64,000 nucleotides of DNA, taken from contig OX597817.1 in assembly GCA_951406725.2 (NCBI GenBank), positions 34,782,001 through 34,846,000 of the forward strand. The letters run 5' to 3'. The stretch is from Octopus vulgaris (Eukaryota). The position numbers were made by a program, and so were the translations under genes. The notes beneath the pieces are model-generated. The model was not told where the DNA came from. It saw only the letters and a program-made list of their open reading frames with translations, and did no database searches. Of the stretch, positions 11,532-24,600 are shown one piece after another; position 1 is the stretch's first letter, and each line of letters opens with the position of its first letter.

Positions 11532-12259
11532 ATTTGTGGCATGTGTAGAACCACTTATCAACATATTACAGACGACAAGTTTTAATTTGTATGGAAATCA
11601 AACAATCTGGAAACATAATTCCACTGAAGCGAACGCCAGGAATCATTGATGCAAATTGTCTTTCTTTGCTTTAACATAGAACTATCTTTCTTGGTTCTGA
11701 TGAATTAGATTCAATTGACATTAAAAGCTTAAAGAAACTAAGAAGTCGTATAAGACGCACCCAGTAAATATATTAATACGTCGTATATTGTATTTCTATG
11801 ATAACATAACCATTATTATTATTTATCTTAAAGGATAGGTTATAAACAGTTAGTCTCTTCAACCGTTAAACAGAAAGTCACAGTGGTTCCACCATAGATA
11901 AATATAAACTGTTGGATACGTTTCAGGGTGGTTTACTTGGAAGGAGACATTTAAGGTAAAAGTTCTATCTGTCATTGGCATATGATAAACGTTTAAGATT
12001 AGCCATCGTGTTTACAGAAGAATTTAGTAGTGAATCAATAATCAGCTGCTTCAGCTGGGCGGAAATGTCTTTAACGAAACCAGATTGGCTACTGTATCTA
12101 TTTTCAAAGTTCGTGTTTTTGGTCTTTTCTTGTTTTGAGTTTTTTTCCTTTCACTTTTCTAAGTTTTATTTCTTGGTTGGTATTTATTTTTTCAGGAAAT
12201 GAGATTATTATCTCCTTTTATTTTTTTATAAATTCCGTGAAAGAAAATAAACAATTTAA
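11532..12259 (-). pseudogene. Large decayed exon candidate ending in kringle-like motif
   Basis: tattttcag acceptor, GTAAG donor; frame with scattered stops ending GIMFPDCLISIQIKTCRL*YVDKWFYTCHK (cf. FPD...NYCR...WCYT). Confidence 0.4.
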
Positions 12260-12859
12260 CTGAAAATAGGAAACTATTAGATCGCAGATAAACGATAGTA
12301 AACGGAATACGTGTTGAGCAAGTAATAAACTCTAACATACGTATATCATTTAATAAAAAATAAAGCCTGAGCGTTTTTGTCTACTTTTCTTTTCTACTCT
12401 GATTACAACTGGATAAAAACGATAAGGCAGTGATTGCCAGAGATGTTAGTAGAGTCGGATAGACTACTTCTCAGTATATGTTCTCGCTTCCTACGCCCTG
12501 AGTTCAAATCCCGCCGAAGTCAGTTTGCTTTTTTTTCCCTCTGTATGTCTCTCCCTTTCTCTCTCGTAGAAATTGGCAGTGTTCAGTCATGAAAACAGAT
12601 AGGGTTCGTCAGGTTTAACATGTCTAAGACATGTCAAGACGCCATCAGACGGGAGACACAAGAAAAGGAGGAATATGTGTACTGCATATTAGACAACTGT
12701 TCAAATACTGTTTATTCATATCCTAACACTGGCTATGTGTATTGATCTATCTAGTTCTAAACATGTCTTGATCCAGCAAGGATTGAATAATTTTCAGTAT
12801 TTCATCTGCTTGAAATGTTTTTTTATTATTATTTTTTTTTTTGGTATCCCATATGCACA

Positions 12860-13089
12860 GTGATTCTGTGTATTACTTCTATTCGGGGATCTTAAATAGA
12901 GAAGTTCTGGAATGTTTTAAAATTTTTCACTGTACTACTACTACTAATCGATTATGTAGAGAACGCAAATCAGCTTGCTTCATTTCTTTTTGCAGAACCC
13001 CACCTTACTAGAATTTTATGAGTTTGTCATTAGTTTTCCACGATGTTGCCCTTTTCCCCAGCTTTTGACGAGGCATTCACATCTGTCCA
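12860..13089 (-). pseudogene. Decayed exon candidate with kringle-like N-terminal motif
   Basis: CECLVKSWGKGQHRGKLMTNS*NSSKVGFCKK (cf. C....G..YRG...T..G..C..W). Confidence 0.35.
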
Positions 13090-13198
13090 ACAGCAGATCT
13101 CTGTGTATGCATATATGTACGTGCGTTCGTGTGTATATGAATGCATACATGTATGCATGTATGTTTGTGTTCATGTGTGTATGTAAATAAAGATGATT

Positions 13199-13359
13199 AG
13201 ATGGGCTGTGTGGTAAGTAGCTTGCTTACTAACCACATGGTTTCGGGTTCTGTCCCACTGTGTGGCACCTTGGGCAAGTGTCTTCTATTATAGCCTCGGG
13301 CCGACCAAAGCCTTGTGAGTGGATTTGGTAGATGGAAACTGAAAGAAGCCCGTCGTATA

Positions 13360-13424
<65 letters not shown>

Positions 13425-13645
13425 GTGTGTATTTGTTTGTGTGTCTGTGTTTGTTTCCCCAACATCGCTTGACAACCGATGCTAGTGTGTTTACGTCCCC
13501 GTAACTTAGTGGTTCGGCAAAAGACACCGAAAGAATAAGTACTAGGCTTCCAAAGAATAAGTCCTGGGGTCGATTTGCTCGACTGAAGGCGATGCTCCAG
13601 CATGGCTACAGTCAAATGACTGAAACAAGTAAAAGAGTAAAAGAG
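13199..13645 (+). mobile_element. SINE family A followed by (GATG)n
   Basis: Family A match. Confidence 0.9.
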
Positions 13646-13705
13646 ATGGATGGATGGATGGATGGATGGATGGATGGATGGATGGAGGGATGGATGGATG
13701 GATGG

Positions 13706-13990
13706 AAATGTTCCATTGTCTCCGATCATTTGAAAATAACAGACAAGAGCCAACATTTTATTTTCTGATTTTGATCATTAGATTCCAGGTTTCAATTGCC
13801 TGGTATGCATTCTAATCGGTTGGAGGGTACATCAAAGGAGTTTCTAGTACCAAGTTTTGCAAAAGAATCCTGCTGAGAACAGACTGGCAGAGAACAACGA
13901 GTCGGTTCACTTGAGATTTAAATCTATAAAATGGTTCCGATACCCAACTAGGGTTATGCTTCATCGCTTTTATTACTATTACATCCAAAA
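13706..13990 (-). pseudogene. Decayed exon candidate with kringle-like motif
   Basis: HNPSWVSEPFY then frameshift SSEPTRCSLPVCSQQD. Confidence 0.35.
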
Positions 13991-13991
13991 T

Positions 13992-14188
13992 GCGGCAAGC
14001 TAGTAGAATTGTTAACGCTGCAAACAAAACGTTTTGCAGCATTGAGTTCTAATCCCGCCGAAGTCAATTTTGCTTTTCATCCATTCGGGGGTCGATAAAA
14101 TAAAATATCATCCAAGTGCTGGAGTCGATGACATCGACTAACCCACTTCTAATATTGCTGTCCTTGTGCCGAAATTTGAAACCGTTGC
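13992..14188 (+). mobile_element. SINE family B with candidate 13-bp target-site duplication
   Basis: ctattacatccaa upstream and ctattatatccaa downstream. Confidence 0.75.
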
Positions 14189-14296
14189 TATTATATCCAA
14201 AGAAGATCTTAATTTCATAGCATTTATGAATATGGGACGGTAAGATAAAATAAATCAAAAATGGCACAAGAATATAGAAGAGAGCGAAGAATTGAA

Positions 14297-14530
14297 GGCG
14301 GCGAGCCGGCAGAAACGTTAGCACGCTGGGCGGAATGCTTAGCAGTATTTCGTCTGCGTTACGTTCTGAGTTCAAATTCCGCCGAGGTTGACTTTGCCTT
14401 TCATCCTTTCGGGGTCGATAAATTAAGCACCAGTTACGCACTGGGGTCGATGTAATCGACTTGATCCCTTTATCTGTCCTTGTTTCTCCCCTGTATGTTT
14501 AGGTCCTTGTGGGCAATAAAGAAATAAGAA
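14297..14530 (+). mobile_element. tRNA-derived SINE family B, full length
   Basis: ggcggcgagccggcagaaacgttag head, gagttcaaattcc B-box, gactttgcctttcatcctttcggggtcgataaa core. Confidence 0.9.
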
Positions 14531-14996
14531 TAGAAGAGAGGTTTTGGTCCTACTGCATCTTCAGCAACTGTCTGTTACCATAATTCTCAGAGTCCACCCA
14601 ATTTTTGTGAATGAAATTAGGAAAACAGAATCTGTGCGGAAGCCCATCGGGCGATATGTACGAGTAATTCAAAGAGGACAACTTTGTCTTACACTGCGTT
14701 ACGCCGATTATGTCTGAACATCAAGATATAATTGCCTGTGTTAATACTCAGCCTCGTAAAATATTGTTTAATGAGCAAGCAGTCAATTAATTATACAACA
14801 GGATTATTCATCAGCGAAACCTACGGAAATACCGTGAAAAAATAATTCGTATGTTTTTAACTGCGAATTGGCCAGCAAGAGTTAAGCATCTTGGTTATGA
14901 TCGCATCTTACCGGGTATAACATGAAGGGATATGAAATCTTGTCCCTTATTGACATAGGCAGTTGTATCTAATTTGATATTTTATAAATATCTGCA

Positions 14997-15218
14997 TTGT
15001 TTGTTCCTTCTCGAGCCACGCCTGAGCTGCAAGAGGAAAGAGTGAGAGAAAGTTGTGGCGAAAGAGTCAGTAAGAGTTCGCCATTACCTTCTGCCGGAGC
15101 CACGTGGAGCTTAGGTGTTTCGCTCATAAACACACACATCGCCCGGTCTGAGATTCGAACCCGTGACCCCTCGACCGCGAGTCCGCTGCTCTAACCACTA
15201 GGCCATGTGCCTCCACAG
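14997..15218 (-). mobile_element. SINE family C, internally deleted
   Basis: Head and gaaggaacaaacaa tail as 49985-50291, lacking the middle module. Confidence 0.85.
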
Positions 15219-15219
15219 T

Positions 15220-15267
<48 letters not shown>

Positions 15268-15277
15268 TATAGATATA

Positions 15278-15344
<67 letters not shown>

Positions 15345-17519
15345 ATCGTATATCATATGCATATATATGTGCGTGTGTATGTATGTGTATGTATGTGTAT
15401 GCATGTATGTATGTATACATATATGCGCGTATATGTATGTTTGTATATGTATAAGCACATCTATATATATGTGCGTATATATATAATCATAATTCATATG
15501 CATATGTTTATACGTATATACACATACAATGCGTATATATGTATATGTTGGTGTGCGCATATATGCATATATAAATATTTATTCGCAAGTGTGCGTGCGT
15601 ACGCATGTTGTGTAAATACGCAAGAATCGAAGGTATACAGCTCAGAATGGCTTATTTTAAACTGCTTTCTTAACAAATTATTCAAACCGTTCTTTGAAAA
15701 AAGAAAAAGAAAGAAGATCGTTGATGGCGTATAATGATATAACGACACTCAACGAACAGGAAAAAAAAATCAATGTATGCATGAATCATTACTAATGTAG
15801 AAGCATTGGAAGGGAGAAAAGCATTTATTCAATCAAGTTTTGATATCCCACCGAGGAAACGATTGTTGGTTTCAATAACGTTTTTTGAATCTAGTTTAGT
15901 GAGTTGAATGGAGTTTCGAATATTTGCATTCTGTAACGAGACTTGACATTCCGTCAAGAAGCTGTACGAAATGAATAATTCCACACTCACAAACAGTATC
16001 AAATGGAGCTCAAATGGAGCTCAAAATGGAGGGATATATCGATATGTGTGAGGTGGCGTATACGTGTATATGATTGTGTGAAAAGGTTCATATAAAAATG
16101 TGTGTGTGTGTGTGTGTGGATAATAAATATAACATATGTGTGTTATGCATGTGATAGAGGGTATGTATGTGAGTTTGTATGTATTAAAAAAAATGAATCG
16201 AGAGACGGGAGAGATGAAGAAAGTACAAGAAAATGTTATTGGCGTTACTATAATTGAAATAACACACACACACACACAAACACATACACACACACACACA
16301 CATACGCACACAAACACACACAAACACACACATACACTCACACACAAAGCTTTTTAGGGGAGAAGAACGGAATATTGTTATGTTCAGGTATTTCCCAAGG
16401 GCATTAGTGAAATGAAATGGCTTCAACTGTGAATCGAAACTAAATCGCCGGAGGCTCACCTCTGTTCTAACAGTATTATGACGCCAACATATTTTATTGC
16501 TTGCTAGCACTCTATTACCACATAAGTAATATGGTTATGTGAATATCTGTGTTCGTGTAGTGGGAATAATATACGTGAGATATATGTGGTGGGTGTGCGG
16601 GTAAGTCCACATTTGTATATATTATATCCAAATGTAGTCATAAATAGTATTTTTATAATCAGAAAAAGAAAGATGCGAGCACCATATCATAGCAAAACGC
16701 CTGGTGAACATTCCATTTAAATTTATCTCATGCTTGCAGCTCTTAGGTATTTCGGAACTCGAATGGAACTTGTAAATCAATATACCGCGCTAAAACATCT
16801 TCTCCATCGTAACACAAATTCTTTAACTTTTAGTCTGATTTTCACAGGGGAAAAAAAAAAAAAAGAAATGTAAATTTAATTACATAATCAGAGTGTGATC
16901 ATTAATGCCTAATTTTTTCTTATAGTGGTAAAAAGTTGATAGAAATGTATTAGTTTATTTTCATTTCATTTTTGAACAGTAACGAAATCCCTTTTTTTTT
17001 ATATTTAGGGAAGATTAATTTAGAAATGTGACTGCCACTTTGTTTTGTCTCGAGAGTGTCACTGTACTAAGGCTAAACACACACACTGGTTATATTTCAC
17101 TTCTCATTCGTCAATCGATTAAGTATTTAACTAATTAACTACTTGGTTGTTTGATTAATCAATCAGTCAGTTACGTTTGCTAAAGTACTTTCGTCGTCAT
17201 TCATTACCATTCGTGGCCTCTTCATTGACGTATCCTTTCTATTCCAGGCCAATTTCTGTCATATCTTTCCTAAAAACATATGAACAAGTTCACACTCTCT
17301 AAAAAAAACACTTTAGTTAATATGACAATCAATATAACTATATTATCCTTTCGGGGCCGATAAATTAAGTACCAGTTGCGTACTAAGGTCGACTGGGACC
17401 CCACTCCCCAAAAATTTCGGGCCTCGTACATAGAGTAGAAAAGAATATAACCATATTATGTTTATTTAAAATACATCGACTGGGAGGAAGCAGCGGAGAA
17501 CCATATTAAATGCTTAACA

Positions 17520-17936
17520 ACAGGTGTGGATGCATATGTTTGCTTCCCAACCAAATTGTTCCGGGTTCAGTTCTACTGCATGGTACCTTGGACAAGTGTC
17601 TTCTACTATAGCTCCGGTCCGACCAAAGCCTTGTGAGTGGATTTGGTAGACGGAAACTGAAAAGAAACCCGTCGTACATGCATACATACATACAGACAGG
17701 CATATATATGTGTGTGCTTGTGTTTGTGTTTATACTCCATCACCGTTTGATAACCGGTGTTGGTTTGCCGACGTCCTCGTGACTTAGCGGTTCGGTATAA
17801 GATTTCGATAGAATTAGTATCAGGCTTGAAATATATAAGTACAGGGGTCGATTCGTTCGACTAAAACACCCTTCAAGGCGATGCCCCGGCATGGCCGCAA
17901 TCCAATAAATGAATCAGGTAAAAGATAAAAGATAAA
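17520..17936 (+). mobile_element. SINE family A, older subfamily (gataaaa tail)
   Basis: Diverged family A match. Confidence 0.85.
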
Positions 17937-18009
17937 GTTCGAATTTTCATCAGCGTCTTCTTTGCTTTTCACCTCACCTGGCACGACTAAATACTTACTT
18001 CTACTGGGG

Positions 18010-18275
18010 TTGCGTGTTGTGTTCTTGAGCGAGACACTTTATTTCACGTTGCTCCAGTTCACTTAGCTGTAGAAATGAGTTGCGACGTCACAGGTACCAA
18101 GCTGTATCGGCCCTTGCCTTTCCCTTGGACAACATGGGTGACGTGGAGAGGGGAGGCCGGTATGCATGGGCGACTGCTGGTCTTCCATAAAACAACCTTG
18201 CCCAGACTTGTACATCAGAGGGTAACTCTCTAGGTGCAAACCCATGGTCAGTGTCTGACCGAGGGGGGTCACCAC
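18010..18275 (+). mobile_element. SINE family D fragment
   Basis: cttgagcgagacactttatttcacgttgctccagttcacttagctgtagaaatgag resembles conserved invertebrate SINE central domains; GC-richer island. Confidence 0.55.
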
Positions 18276-18499
18276 TGGTCACTAGTTGTAACTGGAAAAA
18301 GAAATTGATAACAAATTTTTGCCGCACTAAATTGATTTTGAACTCATATTCAGCTTCCATATCACTAGACTAAATTCTTTTAGAAGACGTTTTTCCTCTT
18401 ACAACAAATTTTACCTAAGTTTTCTTCTCAATCTGCTATCTGCATACATTGCAGCCAATCAGCAGATAGGAACAGATAGATTGATTTACGCATACCTCT

Positions 18500-18529
18500 A
18501 CCTCTCTCTACCTCTCTCTCTTTCTTTGC

Positions 18530-18568
<39 letters not shown>

Positions 18569-18875
18569 TGTCAGTCTATCTGCCTGTCTATCTATTTTTA
18601 CATACATACATACATGCATACATACATACATACATACATGCATACATACATACATACATACATACATACATACATACATACATAGAGATAGAGAGAGGAG
18701 GAGAGAAAGGGAAACAGAAAGAAAATTAGGGTGCTGGTGCTGGTGCTGGTACTGGTGGTGGTGGTGGTGGTGGTGGTGGTGATAAGGGCGAAAAGGAGGA
18801 GGAGGAGGAGGAGGAGGTAGAGGAGGGGAGGAGGGGGAGGGGGAGGGAGCGGAGGAGGAAGAGGAGGAGGAGGAT
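18500..18875. repeat. Compound (CT)n, (CATA)n, (GGTGCT)n, (GGT)n, (GGA)n tract
   Basis: Direct inspection. Confidence 0.9.
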
Positions 18876-20350
18876 TTTATAAGTAAGAGTTAGCTATAAA
18901 TTACCATAGCATTTGAGAAAATAAAGTGAAAAAAAAAAAAAAGAAAGGAGGCCTAAAAGCAATTGAATTTTGATTCGTGGGGGAAAAAAAATTTGGCCTC
19001 ATTTATTCGTCTATATTTCAATATGTTACAGGTGAACGCATTGAAGCAAAATAAGTGGTTATTTTAGACCAATTTTAGCAATATTCCGATTTAAGTTGGC
19101 GCTAGGGATTCACTGACGCCAGACTGGCGGCGGAAAGTAAGTTATAGGAAGGAATTCAATAGCGTATACCTTCTTACACCAACACAATACTACTTAGTTA
19201 TTACTAGCGCTCACTTTGACGTTTCAGGCACCTTAAAGCCATACGGTCAAGATCAGGTCAGAGAATAACGCTTTCGTGCTTGATTATTATTCCCCCGTGA
19301 AAATGTTAATGAGGCTCATTATTTTCATGATGACGATTATAGGTGGGAACTGAAAGGAAATGACCCAAAAAGAGCAGAAGCAACAATTATGGAGATAGGC
19401 ATTCGAGAATGAATATTCTATAACCAATTTTCTCTTTGCGCACGCGCTTTCTGAAAACGCAGAATTTACCTTTACAAGAAGTAATGTTAAGAAGGAAATG
19501 TCGTTATTCGTTCTTTTCTTCTGCATTCCCTTTACCTTCGCTCGATTTACTGATTGATAGCAATGTACATAAGACTGCAGAGCAAATATAATCTTGAAGA
19601 GGAAGGAGAAGAAGAAGAAAGAGAAAAACAAATGATGTAAAACTCGAAGGACAACTGCAAGAAGGAATGACAAATCGCAGATAACAGAAGAAGCGGGATT
19701 TATATGTATAAGGTGAATTAAAATCACGATCATTAACAGGAAGTCACTTAATGAGTTTGAACGGAAGCTGCAGAGGAAAGCTATATGTGTTTCTGCCTGC
19801 AAAGAAAGGCAGAGGTCACCCCATGTGGTTTCTTATCGTCATTACTGTCAATTCAATCAAATAGGATTAAAAATGAAAAGAATGTATTTTGAAAGTAAAA
19901 TATCTTTCTGAATCGATAATACTTTAAAAGGGTTAAAAATAGGGAAGAGACTAAATAAGGAAATGACATCATATCTTTAAAAGATTTCCAATCCCTTTTC
20001 ATACTCTTCTGTGAGCTACATTGTACTAGCAAAAGTCTTTGAACATTTTATATTCTCGAGTCAAAATGTAGTTCCCTTCAAAATGAAGTCGACTGACTTT
20101 AGCTCCTGTTGTGACGTTTTAGTTTATTTGTCTACAAGCATTTATGAGTTTCATTTAACTATATACAAGGTCAACTTTTGCAGGTAAGGGTTTGGGGCAA
20201 TTAAATCTTCTACAGTATATTAGAGATATTTATTTTAACGACACTGAATAAGTAAACAATAATGTTGATTCCGGCAGGAACTCAACACAGTATATACGAA
20301 ATTAAATACTGCAATCTATTATAATAATAATTGTTGGATCTGTCAGTCGG

Positions 20351-20448
<98 letters not shown>

Positions 20449-21041
20449 CCACACATACACTCAGCGTTCTATGTAAACACGGTTATCACTTACCACTTTC
20501 TCTGTCTCTCTGTCTCTCTCTCTCTCTCTCTCTGTCTTTTCCTTTCTCTCCCTTTCTCTCTTCCCCCTCTCTCCACATCCTTCTTTCTTTCCCCCCTCTC
20601 TCTCCCCATATACATACGCACACACATATACGTATATATGTGTACGTGTAATATATGTGTGACTCAACAGTTTTCATCACAAGCGATGCTTTTGCGCCTT
20701 CGTTGAATCTAGTTCTTCAGTCTACTTAGAAAAATATCCAGGTGTGCACTGTTATATATATACCCAATGCTTCACAGCCACTTTCACCACGTCTCTGTTA
20801 TCAAATATACGTCCCCGAAACTAGACCTCATCCGACCGAGCAAGTGCTAGTCAGAGAGCACCAGATCCGGGCTGTGTAGTGGATAGGGAAAAACCACTGA
20901 CCAGCCATATGTACTGTGTGAATGAGAGAAATTATGACTTGCATTTCTGAAAAAAAAAATGCTTCAGAAATCCCTGGAAACAGAAACATAAACTGGATCA
21001 CAAGTTCGATTCACAAGGAACTTAGCTCTTGAGAGTCAAGA

Positions 21042-21078
21042 CTATTGAAAAGGTTGCAAGACGCAACGAAAATTTTAG
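21042..21078 (+). ncRNA. Hammerhead-like motif with U3-A8 core
   Basis: cta TTGAAAA g gttgc aagac gcaac GAAA AT TT tag; related inverted copy at 58125-58167. Confidence 0.4.
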
Positions 21079-21179
21079 GAAAATAAAAATAAGAAATAAG
21101 TGGAAATTTTACCGGTTTTTGTAAACCAGTCATGTTTTAAGTACTTCTGGTCCTTGTAACCCAGTATAACATTATCGGG

Positions 21180-21800
21180 TGGTCAGCTCAACCCTATATC
21201 ATTCTCGCAACACCCAGATTAATAATAAAACCTGGTGTCCCAACAGGTACTGTATTGAGCCCATTCCTCTTCATTATCTACATCAATTACATAGTAGACG
21301 TCATCAAACATTGTACAGTGAAAATCTTTGCGGATGATTCCAAGTTCCAGAAGGCAATAAACGGTATGGGAGACCGAACATACCTTCAGTCAGATCTGTT
21401 TACTGTCGTCGAATGGGCAGAAAAGAACAATATGCTTCTAAATGAAGATAAGTTTAATTTGATCCACTTTGAAAAAGAGGATACTCTGAAATTACCATAT
21501 GTCCTTGCTTCGGGCAACTCCCTAATGTTATCCAACAACACCAGAGACCTTGGAGCAATTGTTGATAACAATTACTCCCACGTAAACAGCAAGGTTGATT
21601 TGGTCCACAAGATGTACTCCTGGGTTCTAAGAGATGGTTACATCATCATCCTTCTCTACTCTGTGGTCTCCCCACACGAAGCAACTCATTGTGAAAGTGA
21701 AAGCACTCCAAAGATCAATAACAAGAAAGATGGACGGCATGACAGGTATTAACTATTGAGGTCGACAAAAAAATCTCAATCTTCTCACAGGGAAGCCAAC
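21180..21800 (+). mobile_element. CR1/L2-group LINE reverse transcriptase remnant
   Basis: GTVLSPFLFIIYIN, KIFADDSK, LQSDL...EWAEKNNMLLNEDKF, RDLG. Confidence 0.9.
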
Positions 21801-22029
21801 GGCCAGCCATATCTGGAGCGGAGACTGAGACCCCCAGCTGTACAGCCACGTTCGTATTAAGTTATGGATTTTGAATGAATTATAAAGTAATTATTATAAA
21901 AAATGATTTATAAATGAATTCATTAATGAATTATTAATGAATGAATTATAAACTAATTATTATTAAAAAATTCTAATTGACATGTATGTATATTCGGTTC
22001 ATGCTCATAAATATAGTAGGAAGTGAGGA

Positions 22030-22166
22030 GTTGTAACTTGCTTTTCCCCTGCGCATTAACTGTAGTGAATTGACTCCATACCATAATCCCTACCACTTGA
22101 TAGGAACTTAGGTCTTGTTCTGCCTTTCATGCCGACCTTCGTGATTAACTTAATACCACTAAACCC
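22030..22166 (-). pseudogene. Weak exon candidate
   Basis: Strong T-rich acceptor (ttttatgcttccaatag); AEQDLSSYQVVGIMVW is loosely F5/8-like. Confidence 0.2.
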
Positions 22167-23172
22167 CTATTGGAAGCATAAAATAAAATAAATATGAAAT
22201 AGGAATATATTTTCTGATCAGAACGAATCCGATTCATATAATTGAAGACTGAAGAAAATATTTTTTTTTTTTTCAAATTTTCTTTCCTTTCTTTTTATAC
22301 CTTCTTCCTCATATTTTATCTGGAATGAAAATCATAAAAGGAGTTAAAATGGTACAAATCGATCTTTAACGAAATCTAAAGAGATAACTATTGCTCCAAT
22401 ATAGATTTCTTCAACAAATTAAGTTATTAAATGTGAGCTATGACACTGCATTGAGACATGCACTATCTAAACAAATTGATGTTTTCTTTTTTTTTTCATT
22501 TATTTATTTCGTTTGATCCGAGGCATCATGCAGTTAACAGGAATAACAGTCGAAGTCTAGCAGAGAGTATTTCAGTTATTTATAACAGTTTGCATAAAAA
22601 CTAATGCAAGAATATTTTATCAACCTGCTCTCTCTCTTATTTCGTTATTTCTATATATTTTTGTTATTGTTTACTTGTAATATTTCTAAATTCTTATGCA
22701 TGTTCGTGCATGTGTGAGAAATGCAATTTAGGGTTGACGAAAAAAAAAACCGGTAGAAAAGATGAGAAAATAAAGAGAGAGAGTAATAAAAGGTGAGAAG
22801 TGTACGATATTATAGCCAATCGCAGCTAAGGTTTCATAATAGAAAGTAAGTTTAACAATTCTGTACAACATTTTGTTATTTTTTATTTACTGCAACAAAA
22901 ATATAATATCCTGGTGATAAGAAAAATGATTAGCATTTGACACGCTCTTCAAAGAAAAATAAGTGGAGCATTTGTTAAAATAAAACATTTGCCGTGATGT
23001 CTTTTGTGGGGCAGATATCGATTTTTGCAAATTAATTCTTGACAATATATACTTAGAAGAATGTTAATGCTTTAATAATAGTTGCGATGTCGTGATACTC
23101 GCCTTTTCTACTTCCAAAACAGAAAAGAAAAATTACTTAACAATTATTAACAGTAACATTTATGGAAATCTA

Positions 23173-23645
23173 TGGCAGCGAGCTGGCAGAACCATTAGCA
23201 CGCCAGGCAAAGTGCTTAGTGGTATTTCGTCCGTCCTTACGTTCTGAGTTCGAATACCGCCAAGGTCGACTTTACCTTTCATCCTTTCGGTATCCATAAA
23301 ATAAGTGCTTGTTGAGCACTGGTGTTGATTTAATCGATAGCCGCTCATCCGAATTTGCTGGCTTAGTATCAAAACTTGAAATTAATATTTATGGAAAGCT
23401 AAGGTGGCGAGCTGGCAGAATCGGTAGCACGCCGGGCGTAATGCTTAGCGATGTTTCGTCTGCCGTTACGATCTGAGTTCAAATTCCGCTATGGTCGACT
23501 TTGCCTTTCATCCTTTCGGGGTCGATAAATTAAGTACCAGTTACACACTGGGGTCGATGTAATTGACTTAATCCCTTTGTCCTTGTTTGCCCTTGTTTGT
23601 CCCTTGTATGTTTAGTCTCTTGTGGGCAATAAAGAAATAAGAATC
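23173..23645 (+). mobile_element. Tandem pair of SINE family B (23173-23385, 23402-23645)
   Basis: Two heads, each preceded by tttatggaaa. Confidence 0.9.
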
Positions 23646-24282
23646 TTAGCACGCTGGGAAAAGTGGTTAGCAGCATTTCGTCCAAGTTAGTCCCAAATAT
23701 GCAAAAGACGGGGTAATCATGCCTGAAACGCCTTTGATCATAAGTCGGAAGTGCAGCGAACCGTGATTGACCTGCTAGAACCCAGTAATCAACAAGATGC
23801 TTCCTCAGTTGTGATATAAAATTTATATTACAAATTGTCAGCACCAAGCTAGCTTTGTGTTAAATAAAAATAATAATTATAAGGCGTCCGTCACTCATTT
23901 TATATGTTTATTTTTTTACAAGACTTACAAAGATAATCTTTCATGCTAGATTTTAATGATAAATAAAAAGAAAAGAAAACTTGCCAATATGGCAAAATTT
24001 GTTTACATTTAGTTTTTAATTTAACAATCTAACAATGGCGAATATCTTTTAAAGCGCAGTTTATCTCGCCTACTTTATGACTTCTTTTAGTATAAATTAT
24101 AGTGAATACAATTCAAACGTAATTCTATTCAACGTATTAGTACGCCATATGCCTATATACATACATACAAACAGACATACAGACAGGCGTACATACATAC
24201 ATGCATGCATACATACATACATACATACATACATACATACATACATACATACATACATACATACATACATACATACATACAG

Positions 24283-24600
24283 GAAGTGATTGTACTGTCA
24301 CTGATAGGATACAATATTGTAAGGGTGCATTTCAAGGTGACTGTCTCTTTGCGATGCTGTTTTTGAATAAACCACTTGTCCTTTTTATTGAATAAATTTG
24401 AAAGGCAGAAAGAGCAATATTAAGAAGAGCCTTGACCTTATTACTACATTTCCAATGGATACAGAGAAGGAGTTCGGATAGGATAAATGTTCTTATATAA
24501 TTGTAAAACTAAGAAAAACTACAAGCATTACCACCATAACCGATATCCAAATTACAGTGGAGAAGGATAACCACTGGATTTGGTTAAAAAGGGACGATGA
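24283..24600 (+). mobile_element. R4/NeSL-like RT remnant, first part
   Basis: KGAFQGDCLFAMLF and EFG*DKC motifs. Confidence 0.7.

Noticed and set aside
19287-19802. 171-aa hydrophobic minus-strand ORF
   Set aside because: Low-complexity antisense of a purine-rich stretch, non-ATG start, no recognisable domain
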